A stretch of DNA of 31,695 nt from Planctomycetota bacterium (GCA_027295365.1 JAPULD010000432.1:1-31695), one strand, 5' to 3'. Positions 1-9,059 are shown, numbered from the stretch's first letter. Notes: generated by a model not told the origin, from the letters alone. Program-made: numbers and translations.

Positions 1-1
1 G

Positions 2-604
2 TTCCATGATCGCATCACCATTCCATATTCGCTCATCGGGATCCTTGGTGTAGTACAACGCATGCACCTTGCTCATGATGAAGGAACTGTCGCGATTCTG
101 GCCAAACCGAAAATGCCACACGCACCAGTTGACCATGAACAGCCCCCGACGCTTCAGGTGCATCACCACTTCCGCGGCGGTGTCGTCAGGGATGTTCACC
201 CACAAGCTGCCGGTGGGCGAAAGGGCCTCGATGCACCCATCCAGCCAGTCGAAGGTGAAACGTTCGAACTCAGCTCGGGGCATGCCATCGCGCCACTCGT
301 CGTAGGGGACATCCCAGTTAAAGGGGGGGTCGGCAAAGATGAGATCGACATGTCCCTTCTCGGGGAATTGGGCCAGCACATCACGGCAATCGCCCACGTA
401 CAGACGCGTATCAGGATCTTTCGAGCTGAACGCAGGCTTCAACGATTTCTTGATGACGGGTGTATGCGATTCAATGGCGTCGCCCACAAGGGTGATCTCA
501 TCGCCCTTCATGGCGAGACCCGCCTGGCGCTGGATCGCCGTGGCCCCCCTGGGCATTGCGTACCCCCCGGGGCGGTCGAATTCGGTGTTCTTGTGTTCGG
601 CCAT
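2..604 (-). CDS. Site-specific DNA methyltransferase, N4C/N6A beta class (N6_N4_Mtase); 3' end truncated by window edge
   Basis: Manual minus-strand translation from ATG 604: MAEHKNTEFDRPGG...RLYVGDCRDVLAQFPEKGHVDLIFADPPFNWDVPYDEW...FDWLDGCIEALSPTGSLWVNI...NWCVWHFRFG...SKVHALYYTK. Catalytic motif IV DPPF near the N-terminus; GGAG 7 nt upstream. Not in the ORF track because no stop lies in the window. Confidence 0.93.
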   Translation of the reverse strand, partial: MAEHKNTEFDRPGGYAMPRGATAIQRQAGLAMKGDEITLVGDAIESHTPVIKKSLKPAFSSKDPDTRLYVGDCRDVLAQFPEKGHVDLIFADPPFNWDVPYDEWRDGMPRAEFERFTFDWLDGCIEALSPTGSLWVNIPDDTAAEVVMHLKRRGLFMVNWCVWHFRFGQNRDSSFIMSKVHALYYTKDPDERIWNGDAIME

Positions 605-749
605 GGTTTAACTCCACATAGATTTCGCCATGACTATGACTAGCGCACTAGAAAAGCGCAAGCTTAAATGGATTGCGCGCAGGATGCGCACAAGTATCGC
701 ACTCCAATAGGCAGGTGTGTGCGGAGCAAGCAATGATGATAAATTCGTC

Positions 750-971
750 CTACCGTTCTTTCCGTACCAATTTGCTTGCTTTCCGTTGACTTGCCAAAGC
801 CCGCCAGACGTCATGCCTGGTCATCGTCAACCCCGTTCGCGCGACAAACTCCGTGTACAACGACTCAAATTCATTCGTGTATGGGAGATCATCTACAGTT
901 CGTTTCGTTCTTTTGTAAAGATCAATTAACACATCTTTCTGCTCTTTTGTTAATCGGATTTTCTTAGCCAT
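750..971 (-). CDS. Small basic, predicted all-helical hypothetical protein (73 aa), possibly DNA-binding
   Basis: ORF with AAGGAG 9 nt upstream, 19 nt downstream of the fic stop; Lys/Arg-rich ends, amphipathic helical pattern, core DDLPYTNEFESLY. Confidence 0.7.
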   Translation of the reverse strand: MAKKIRLTKEQKDVLIDLYKRTKRTVDDLPYTNEFESLYTEFVARTGLTMTRHDVWRALASQRKASKLVRKER

Positions 972-990
972 TGCGACTTGCTCCTTCGTG

Positions 991-2151
991 TCAGGAGATC
1001 ATTCGAGAGCTTATCGCTTTGATGATCTCTTTGGCAACGTACACACGGTTTCTCTCCTGCCCAGTCACCTCCTGCAATACGCTGGCTTCAACGAGACGGT
1101 TGATAGCGCGTTGGGCTGTTGTACTTGTGACTTCCAAGAGCTTTGCCGTTTCGCTCACCGTCAAAGCAGGCGTGGCGAACAACAGTTCGACCAGTGGGAT
1201 TGTGGTCGTCGCGCGATCGCCCGCGAATTGAATGCGATAGCGAGTTTGAAGGTCAATCAGCTTTTGTGCACGAATTGCGCCATCCTGAGCTGCTTCGGTC
1301 GCGGCACGCAGAAAATACAAGATCCACTCCCGCCAACGACTCTCATTGCTCACCGAGAGAAGATGCGCGTAGTACTCGTCTCGCCGCTTTTCTAAAGCAT
1401 CGCTGATATACAGCAGTGGCTCAGGAAGAATTTTATCCATGCAAAGACTTAGCACAATGAGTAACCGACCAATACGACCGTTGCCATCCTCGAACGGATG
1501 AATTGCCTCGAACTGATAGTGGACCAACGCAAGACGTACTAAAGGCGGCAACTCGCTTGGCGCATTAAGATATTCCTCAAGTCGATCAATCGTCTCATTT
1601 AATTCCGCAGGAGGTGGTGGAATATATGTGGCGTCTTCGATTGCGCAGTCGCGAGGACCTATCCAATTCTGAATCCTACGAAACTGTCCTCGTCGGCGTT
1701 CCTGCCCTCGCACCCGTTCCATCAATATCTCATGCAACTCGCGCATCAACCGACCACTGAGTGGCAATGTCGTACTGCGTTCGAGGCCGAAATCAAGCGC
1801 TCGAACGTAATTGTGCACTTCTCGTACATCCGAAAACGGCGATTCCATTGCTTGCGATGCTTCAAATAGATACAGATCATCAACCGATGCTTGAGTGCCT
1901 TCAATTCGACTCGACTGCACCGCCTCCCTTCGTTTGAAAGGCGCAACCAGCAAATGAGGATTTGGAAGCATGAGTCCGATGCTACTTAGGCGACCAATCG
2001 CTCTGTCGGACGCTGACACCATTGATACCATCTCGCTGTCCCACTCAACGACTGGTGGAAGTGGATTCGGTATGAATGCACGGCAAGATCCTGAGCCAGC
2101 TCCAGCACGCACAAATCGTCCGTTTGGTGAGGATTGACTTGTTGATCCCAT
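991..2151 (-). CDS. Fic family protein (class II: N-terminal Fic_N/inhibitory helix, C-terminal winged HTH)
   Basis: Canonical HPFEDGNGRIGR motif; (S/T)xxxEG inhibitory motif SSRIEGT upstream; C-terminal TVSETAKLLEVTSTTAQRAINRL. Start moved to ATG 2151 because the longer N-terminus runs through an AT-rich promoter-like region. Confidence 0.93.
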   Translation of the reverse strand: MGSTSQSSPNGRFVRAGAGSGSCRAFIPNPLPPVVEWDSEMVSMVSASDRAIGRLSSIGLMLPNPHLLVAPFKRREAVQSSRIEGTQASVDDLYLFEASQAMESPFSDVREVHNYVRALDFGLERSTTLPLSGRLMRELHEILMERVRGQERRRGQFRRIQNWIGPRDCAIEDATYIPPPPAELNETIDRLEEYLNAPSELPPLVRLALVHYQFEAIHPFEDGNGRIGRLLIVLSLCMDKILPEPLLYISDALEKRRDEYYAHLLSVSNESRWREWILYFLRAATEAAQDGAIRAQKLIDLQTRYRIQFAGDRATTTIPLVELLFATPALTVSETAKLLEVTSTTAQRAINRLVEASVLQEVTGQERNRVYVAKEIIKAISSRMIS

Positions 2152-2159
2152 GAGCGTCT

Positions 2160-2225
2160 CGTTATTCCACTTTGTGGTGCTTACTGGTTTTCTAATTCTA
2201 CTTATAGCTAAAAATTGGAATAACG
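2160..2225. repeat. 13/14-bp inverted repeat upstream of fic
   Basis: CGTTATTCCA-c-TTT (2160-2173) and AAA-t-TGGAATAACG (2212-2225), 38-nt spacer. Confidence 0.75.
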
Positions 2226-2228
2226 CAA
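2201..2228 (-). promoter_or_regulatory. Putative sigma70-type promoter for fic
   Basis: Minus strand TTGCGT-16 nt-TATAAG in an AT-rich stretch about 50 nt upstream of ATG 2151. Confidence 0.35.
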
Positions 2229-2333
2229 GCAAAACCCAAACAAATCCCTACATTTTTTGTACTAATACATTGTGGGCACACCGGAAGGACCCATAATCGA
2301 TCTTTCAATTCTTCAACGACAACCCATTTCGAC

Positions 2334-5126
2334 CTAAAAATCACCCGTCGGATTGAAGACGATTCTGGTCTGCTCCGCGTCGAACCCATGCTCATCAAAC
2401 AGCAGAAGTTCATTGGGTGAACCGTGCTTCAGCCATGACTCGGGCAGGTAGAGCATCGTCTGGGGGCCAACCGCCTTGCCTTGACCACATGCCGTGAAAT
2501 ATCGGCCCAGGTTGTGGCCATTGACATAGGCCTGACCCTTGCTCAGCCCGATCGTGTCCAGCCAGACCGGCATCGACCCGTCGTGACTCTTGGGCAGATC
2601 GAAACGCGTCTTCCACCAGCACGGCGCGCCCTTCAACTTCTTCACGTCAGCCTTCTCAAGCGCTTCGTAGGACGTCGGCATGGGCGGCTCCCACTTGGCG
2701 AACGACCACGTGGCCCCATCGGACAGCCCCTCGACGCATTCATAGATCGTCGTATGGTCCTTGATGTCCTTGAGCGGATTCTCCTGACCATGATCGGGTG
2801 CGAAGCGCAGGACGTTCTTGCCTCGCTTGAAGGCTTCGGTCATCTCCTGGCTCACCACGATCCGGGCAAAGGTCGCCCCGGTCGCCCCGGCGTAATACGC
2901 GATGGGAATATCGTTGAGCACGAACGAGCCGCTGCACAACGCGCCGTTGACGTCGATGAGGATGGACGTCTTTTTCAGATGGGTGAACGACCATTCCGCC
3001 TGCTGCATATCGCTGATGATGCCTTGGGCCGATCCCGAGATGAAGCCACGCAAGACAAACGGATCGACGGGCGAAGCTTCGACGGTTTTGGGTTTCGCTC
3101 CACTGATCGCCTTGACCTCATAGAGATGCCCGAACAGGCCCTTGGATCGACCAATGTCATTGCCATCGGCGAAGCGTCCCAGATTGTCGGCCAGGATCAC
3201 CAACGTATTCTCGCCCTTGGCAAGTTTGAGCTCGAACGGATCATTGCAAGCGCCGGGCCCGACGCCAAACACATGATCCAATGCACCATCGTTGAAGAGG
3301 TGCAGCCGATCGCCAGACTGGGGCAGATGGCACAGACGCTTCCGCGAGGAGTCGGATTTCAATGTGATGCGATACCAGCCATAGCCGGTCGATGCTCCAC
3401 ATTCCGAAAGCGTTTCAGGGCCGCTGAGCGAGGCAAATCGGGGGGATTGTCCCGAGTATTGCAACTGGGTTGAGGAAGCGGTCCAATCCGAGAGCTTGAT
3501 GGCTCTTGATTTGACGGCCCCCGACGACTTTCCCTTCGTATCGCTCTTGATGGAATCGACCTTTGCCTCAGAGGCGATCCGCCAGGCCTTGGTTGCGCCT
3601 TCGGGAAGAATCGGCTCGCCATCCGTGTCGAAGCCCTCGATGCCAACGTAGACATGCTCATCGTCGTGATACGTCTGGTCGATCTGATCCTGGTTCAGGA
3701 TGACCAGGGTGATTCCCTTGTGATCGATGACCAGCGGCTTGCTGCCACTGGGAACCGTCGCCTCGATCGGGCTTTCGTTGATGGAAAGCAAGGCGGGAGT
3801 TTTTTCGGGCCCGAACAACACGAGGATCGATCGATACACGATCGCCCAAGGGCAAAGATTGACGTAATCCAGCTTGGCCATGCCTCGCAAATCAACGTCG
3901 AAGACGAACCACGCCACGGGTTGATTGCCCAGATACACCTTCAACTTCAGGCCATTGTCGAGCAGCAGGGTGGTGTTCTTGACCTTGCCTCCGCCGAACA
4001 CGAAGACGGCTCGACCGTTCGAGCCCCGTTGCGGAACGATGGCGACGTTCGATGAACTCGCACGGTTCGTGGAGGAATCGTCGCTTTCGATCAATCCCGG
4101 GTCGAGCACGATCGGGTGGAAGTCGGGATTCAATTCCGAGAAGACGTGGCTGAAGTGATTGGCGAAGGTCACTAATCGCTTGGCCACGAGATATTTTTCG
4201 CTACGACCACCCGCCTCGGTCAACGGTGCGCCGTTGGCCGCGCTTGTGGTGACGAAGCCATCTGGCCTCCCCGACATGCGCCCTCCCAGGAAATCGAAAT
4301 TCGTCCCGGCGTGGAAGGGGGAAACGATGAACTGCGCCCCGGCCGCAAGAACCTCGCAAAGCCTTTCCAGGAAACGCCCCGGCGTCTTCTCGTCTTTTCC
4401 CGAATCACCCCAGGCGATCTCATGACCCACCGCCAAAGTGCTGACCAGTCGCGGCGCCTCGGGCTGAATTGCCCTCAGCTGCCTCAGATTAACCAGCAGA
4501 TCGTCCCACCCTCGCCAAGTTTCGATGGATCCGGCCGGCTCAGGCCATAGGTCGTTGGCGGTCAGAATGGGAATATTGAAACCACTCTCACGGATATACC
4601 GCCCCAGTTCCCGGTGGTACTTGTCCAGTTGGTCGGGATTCGAACAGCTCCAGCCATGTTCGGCCTGGACGAGGATTATCGGACCACCATCGGGGGCGGC
4701 CATGCCCTCCAACTCACCGACCAGTTTGCGCGTGTATCGACTGAATTGACCCAGGAAGTCAGGATCGGCTTCGCGAAGTTTCACTTCGGGTTGCACCATC
4801 AGCCAGCCCGGAATGCCAGAGCCGTCAAAACCAGCACCCACCGCTGGCCCCATTCTCAGGATGACTTTCATGTCCGCCTCGGCACAAAGCTCGACGAATC
4901 GTCGAATTTCAGCGCGACCCGTAAATTCAAAACGCCCTCGGCGTGGCTCATGGATCATCCAGGGACATGCGGTTTCGATGGTATTGAACCCGGCCTGCTT
5001 CGCCGCGGCGATATGATTGGCCCAGACTGATGGATCCATGCGGCAATACTGCATGGAGGCCCCAAGGACCCAGAAAGGTCGACCATCGAGAAGAAAACAC
5101 TGTTCGTTGTAGCTTACGGTTGGCAT
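2334..5126 (-). CDS. GH35 beta-galactosidase-like protein with degenerate active site (probable pseudoenzyme), ~930 aa, no signal peptide
   Basis: GH35 scaffold motifs AGFNTIET..W..HEP, GGPIILVQ, FHAGTNF and C-terminal KGQAYVNGHNLGRY..GPQ..LYLP..WL; but ENEY->EHGW, CAEW->GAGF, nucleophile EF->TL, TSYDYDAP->TSAANGAP. Confidence 0.88.
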   Translation of the reverse strand: MPTVSYNEQCFLLDGRPFWVLGASMQYCRMDPSVWANHIAAAKQAGFNTIETACPWMIHEPRRGRFEFTGRAEIRRFVELCAEADMKVILRMGPAVGAGFDGSGIPGWLMVQPEVKLREADPDFLGQFSRYTRKLVGELEGMAAPDGGPIILVQAEHGWSCSNPDQLDKYHRELGRYIRESGFNIPILTANDLWPEPAGSIETWRGWDDLLVNLRQLRAIQPEAPRLVSTLAVGHEIAWGDSGKDEKTPGRFLERLCEVLAAGAQFIVSPFHAGTNFDFLGGRMSGRPDGFVTTSAANGAPLTEAGGRSEKYLVAKRLVTFANHFSHVFSELNPDFHPIVLDPGLIESDDSSTNRASSSNVAIVPQRGSNGRAVFVFGGGKVKNTTLLLDNGLKLKVYLGNQPVAWFVFDVDLRGMAKLDYVNLCPWAIVYRSILVLFGPEKTPALLSINESPIEATVPSGSKPLVIDHKGITLVILNQDQIDQTYHDDEHVYVGIEGFDTDGEPILPEGATKAWRIASEAKVDSIKSDTKGKSSGAVKSRAIKLSDWTASSTQLQYSGQSPRFASLSGPETLSECGASTGYGWYRITLKSDSSRKRLCHLPQSGDRLHLFNDGALDHVFGVGPGACNDPFELKLAKGENTLVILADNLGRFADGNDIGRSKGLFGHLYEVKAISGAKPKTVEASPVDPFVLRGFISGSAQGIISDMQQAEWSFTHLKKTSILIDVNGALCSGSFVLNDIPIAYYAGATGATFARIVVSQEMTEAFKRGKNVLRFAPDHGQENPLKDIKDHTTIYECVEGLSDGATWSFAKWEPPMPTSYEALEKADVKKLKGAPCWWKTRFDLPKSHDGSMPVWLDTIGLSKGQAYVNGHNLGRYFTACGQGKAVGPQTMLYLPESWLKHGSPNELLLFDEHGFDAEQTRIVFNPTGDF

Positions 5127-5282
5127 ATACTGGAATCCTGACCCCAGAAGATTGAGCACTTGGTCACATTTCTACGATTAATCGCCCTCCAGTTCCATGG
5201 TTGGGCAACCTGGATGGGCGGACATCATACCAGCCTGTGCGATTCAAATCCGGGATATCTCCACCTCATCGAGGTCATCATC

Positions 5283-7103
5283 ATGCGAACCGAATTTCCG
5301 TCGATTGATCCATGTCCCGGCAAACTCGTCGTAGTAGGCCTTCTTTTGCTGATTCAGACCGGCTGCTCTTCGAGCTTCGAGGAAATCGACCAGCATGTCG
5401 TCGCGATGATGAAGGAGACCAACAACGATATCGGGGGTGATCTCTTCACCCCGATCATGACGGACTGGGATCTCGACGAGGCCGAACGGGCCACCATTCT
5501 GGAATACGATCCCAATGCCGAATTCATCCCCACGGTGAATCCCGACGCGGTGGCGTTGAAATTCGTGCCCTCCCCCGAGGAGGATGCCGAGAACGTCATC
5601 GCCAGACTGGAGCGGTACAACAATATCTCCGAGGATGCACATCACCTGGACCTGATTGAGAGCCTTGCCTATTCGATCAAGCACAGCCGGGAGTATCGTT
5701 TCGCGGAGGAGGAATTCGTCCTCGCCAGCCTGCGATTGCTGATCGAACAACATCGCTGGGGACCTCGATTCTTCGATGAGGTTTCCGCCACCATCGATGG
5801 CAATGGCAATGACGGGTTTTACGACACCTCGTTCCAACTGGTCAACGAGTTTCGCGTCACCCAGCGACTGCCCTATGGGGGCACCGTCAGCGCTCGGGCC
5901 TTGTCCCGGGCCACGGAAGAACTCCATGGCATGGTCTTCGATGGGGACACCAACAGCACCGACATCATTCTCTCCGCCGACATCCCGCTCCTCAGGGGGG
6001 CCGGCAACGTCGCGCGCGAAGATCTGATCCAGAATGAACGGAACATGATTTACGCGGCACGCAGCTTTGAGAATTTTCGCCGCGAATTCCTGGTCGATAT
6101 CTCCCGGGACTTCCTGAACCTGGTCTTCCAGAATCGCAGCATCAACAACAGCCAACGCCGGGTTGAGAGCAGTGAAAGAGTCGAAAACCGGCAACGTGCC
6201 TTGTATGAATCAGGTCGAATTGACCGCTTTGACGCCTCGCTGGCGGAAAACAACACCGTCAACGCACGCGACAGCCTGAACCGCAGCCAGGAAAGCTACC
6301 GATTGTCTGTTGACCAGTTCAAGGTCCGGATCGGCATGCCCATTGATCAGGATGTGATCATCGATGAATCGAATCTGGGATTGCAAGCCCCACTCGTTTC
6401 GATCAACGACGCCGTCCGGATCGCCATGGCCCTTCGATTGGATTTGCAGAATCAAAGAGATCAGCTTGGCGACGCAAAAAGGCAGGTTGACAATGCCCGC
6501 AACGACTTGCTGCCTGACCTTGATTTTGATGCCTCGGTCACCTTTCCGACCGACCCGGATCGGGACAATGGAGACTTTGATTTCTCACCTGATGACATGG
6601 ACTTTCGGACGGGGATTACGTTTGGCCTGCCTCTCGATCGGGAGATCGAGAGGATCAACGTTCGGCAAGCCCAGATCAACTTGGAGCGATCCCGTCGCCG
6701 ATATGAGCAATTCCGAGATGGTGTGGCGACGGAAGTCAGGGCCGCGGTACGAAGCATTGATGCTGCTCTTTTCAGTCTGGATATCCAGGAACGTGGCGTC
6801 GAAATCGCCAATCAGGGCATCGCGAGTATTCTGGCCGCCCCGGATCGGGCAGATGCCCGAGCGATGGTGGATGCGATCGATGATCAGATCGAGGCCAAGG
6901 ATGGTCGCGATCGAGCGAAACGCGACCTCGAAATCGCCATTCTTTTCTACTTACGTGATTCGGGACAGCTTCGTGTAGACGACAATGGGACGATTCTGCC
7001 TCTCCAGGGCATGGTGATCACTCCGAAAGATCCCACCGAGGGTGACGATGAGGCTGATAACCCCATTCTGGACCTGGCTCCACTCGATGAAAGCGGTTCT
7101 TGA
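5283..7103 (+). CDS. TolC-family outer membrane efflux protein (lipoprotein)
   Basis: Signal-like LVVVGLLLLIQTG-C lipobox; two OEP-type repeats (..ADIPLLRGAG.., ARNDLLPDLDFDASV..GLPLDREIER); start set at ATG 5283. Confidence 0.88.
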   Translation: MRTEFPSIDPCPGKLVVVGLLLLIQTGCSSSFEEIDQHVVAMMKETNNDIGGDLFTPIMTDWDLDEAERATILEYDPNAEFIPTVNPDAVALKFVPSPEEDAENVIARLERYNNISEDAHHLDLIESLAYSIKHSREYRFAEEEFVLASLRLLIEQHRWGPRFFDEVSATIDGNGNDGFYDTSFQLVNEFRVTQRLPYGGTVSARALSRATEELHGMVFDGDTNSTDIILSADIPLLRGAGNVAREDLIQNERNMIYAARSFENFRREFLVDISRDFLNLVFQNRSINNSQRRVESSERVENRQRALYESGRIDRFDASLAENNTVNARDSLNRSQESYRLSVDQFKVRIGMPIDQDVIIDESNLGLQAPLVSINDAVRIAMALRLDLQNQRDQLGDAKRQVDNARNDLLPDLDFDASVTFPTDPDRDNGDFDFSPDDMDFRTGITFGLPLDREIERINVRQAQINLERSRRRYEQFRDGVATEVRAAVRSIDAALFSLDIQERGVEIANQGIASILAAPDRADARAMVDAIDDQIEAKDGRDRAKRDLEIAILFYLRDSGQLRVDDNGTILPLQGMVITPKDPTEGDDEADNPILDLAPLDESGS

Positions 7104-7257
7104 CCGGATGTCGCCTATTATTCCGGACGATCTTGGAGATTCAGGTCATCCCGGAACAAGGATTCTGGTTCAATAAACAATGGCGAAGACTTGGCCAGAG
7201 CTCAAATGCAGATAGAGGACGTCGGACGGACTCATTAATAAGCAGACCCAGAGAGGC

Positions 7258-9024
7258 ATGGCGACCAGTGCCATGCTCATTGTCATCGTGCTGATCGGGC
7301 TCGCCGCCAGCAGCCTGTGGTTCTTCAAGCGCGGTGCCGCCATCGACTCTTCGATCATGGCGATGGATACCTTCACCGTTCAAAAGGGAAGTTTTGACGT
7401 CATCATCCCGACCACAGGTGAACTGGCCGCGATCCGCCAGATCGAGATCCGCAACGAGATGGAGCAAAGGGCCACGATCACGTATGTCGTCGATGAAGGG
7501 ATTCGAATCAAGGCGGGCGAGGTGCTTCTGAAATTCAACGACGAGACCATCCTCAACAACATCAAGGACGCCGAGGATTCGCTGGACAGCGCGATCAATC
7601 GACTCGAAAACACCAAGGCCACGCTGGAGATTCGCAAGAAGACCCGCGAGTCGGAACTGGCCAAGGCTGACCTGGAAATCACCCTGACCGGTCTGGCCCT
7701 GCAATCCTGGAAGGAAGGCGAGGTCGTCGAGACGCGACAGGACCTGGCGCTGGAGTTGAAGACCGCCCAGATGGAATTCGATCGACTTCAGGATCGGTTC
7801 GTCGCGTCGGAGCGACTCTACATTCAGGAATTCATCAGCCTCGACGAGTACAAGCAGGATGAAATCTCGTTGGTCCGCGCCGAGACGAGACTCAAGCAGG
7901 CGAACCTCGACATCGAGATCTACGAGAAGTACGAATACAAACAACAATTCGAGAAGAACAAGTCTGATCGTGTTCAGGCCGTCGAAGAACGTGATCGGAC
8001 GCAGCAACGCCAAGACGCTGAAGTGCGAAGCGTCGAGAGCGATGTGAAGGGCGCCGAGCGACAAGTCCAAAGCCGCCGGGAAAGACTGGACAAGTGGACG
8101 CATCAGCTCGGATTGTGCGAAATCATCGCGCCGTCGGATGGCTTGGTCGTCTACGCCTCAAGTCTCTCGACCGGGGGGATGGGCCGGCGCGACGAAGATC
8201 CACCCATGATCGGCACCGAAGTGCAATCCATGCGGACCATCATGATTCTGCCCGATACAAGTCAGATGATTGCCGAGGTCAAAGTCAACGAAGCCCTCAG
8301 CGGCATGATCAAGCGAGGTCAGCTCACGACCATCGTGACCGACGCCTTCCCCGACACCGTCTTTGCCGGTGAGATCTACAGCGTGGGGGTGCTGGCCGAA
8401 AGTGGCGGCTGGCGAGATCCGACCCGACGCGATTACACCATCAAGATTGCGATCGACCCAAGCGAGTTGGCCTCCCGACTCAAGCCCTCCATGCGCTGCC
8501 GGGCCGACATCAACGTCGGGAACGTCCGGGACGCCATGTACGTCCCGATTCAGGCGATCCATCGGCAAGGTCCGGTCGCTTATGTCTGGGTTCCCGATGG
8601 ACGAGGCTATTCACAACGTCAAGTCAAGACGGGTCGAGCCTCGGAATTGTACGTCGAGCTTCTGGAAGGGGTGGAGCTGGGCGATCACGTGCTCCTGCGT
8701 TCCCCCGAGCCAAAGGAAATCGAAGCGATGCTGGACATTCCGGCGGCAGGATCCATCGCGAGTCTGGAGCTTTCCTCGGAACAGACCACGGAACATTCGG
8801 CTGGTCACTCCAATCAAGACCAGACCAATCAACCCCAACCTTCCCGGCGAGGTCAATCGGGACGCGGACGTCCGTCCGCCGAACAGATTGAGAAGATGAT
8901 GGAAAACATGACCCCCGAGCAGAAAAAGGCCATGGAGGACCGCATCAAGAAGCGGCAAAACGGGGCGGGTGGTCATTCTGAAGGCGAATCCCATCAACAA
9001 CCCGAAGGCGATGGGACTCAATAA
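7258..9024 (+). CDS. Efflux periplasmic adaptor subunit (HlyD/MacA-like), paralogue 1
   Basis: N-terminal TM; lipoyl halves VVDEGIRIKAGEVL / IIAPSDGLVV flanking a long coiled coil; beta-barrel VKVNEA; MP domain VPIQAI; low-complexity tail. Confidence 0.92.
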   Translation: MATSAMLIVIVLIGLAASSLWFFKRGAAIDSSIMAMDTFTVQKGSFDVIIPTTGELAAIRQIEIRNEMEQRATITYVVDEGIRIKAGEVLLKFNDETILNNIKDAEDSLDSAINRLENTKATLEIRKKTRESELAKADLEITLTGLALQSWKEGEVVETRQDLALELKTAQMEFDRLQDRFVASERLYIQEFISLDEYKQDEISLVRAETRLKQANLDIEIYEKYEYKQQFEKNKSDRVQAVEERDRTQQRQDAEVRSVESDVKGAERQVQSRRERLDKWTHQLGLCEIIAPSDGLVVYASSLSTGGMGRRDEDPPMIGTEVQSMRTIMILPDTSQMIAEVKVNEALSGMIKRGQLTTIVTDAFPDTVFAGEIYSVGVLAESGGWRDPTRRDYTIKIAIDPSELASRLKPSMRCRADINVGNVRDAMYVPIQAIHRQGPVAYVWVPDGRGYSQRQVKTGRASELYVELLEGVELGDHVLLRSPEPKEIEAMLDIPAAGSIASLELSSEQTTEHSAGHSNQDQTNQPQPSRRGQSGRGRPSAEQIEKMMENMTPEQKKAMEDRIKKRQNGAGGHSEGESHQQPEGDGTQ

Positions 9025-9059
9025 ATGGATTCAATCGGCTCCAATTCAAGTAGGTTTGC

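Noticed and set aside
62-643. 193-aa plus-strand ORF
   Set aside because: Antisense shadow of the methyltransferase; no motifs, and the minus frame has DPPF and an RBS
2334-5126. Annotation as a functional beta-galactosidase (lacZ/bga)
   Set aside because: Both catalytic glutamate positions and the galactose-binding residues are substituted
5244-6194. 316-aa minus-strand ORF and similar long antisense ORFs (2481-3473, 7141-8103, 19780-20745, 27071-28426, 29041-29934)
   Set aside because: Stop-poor antisense frames expected in high-GC coding DNA; each overlaps a well-supported gene
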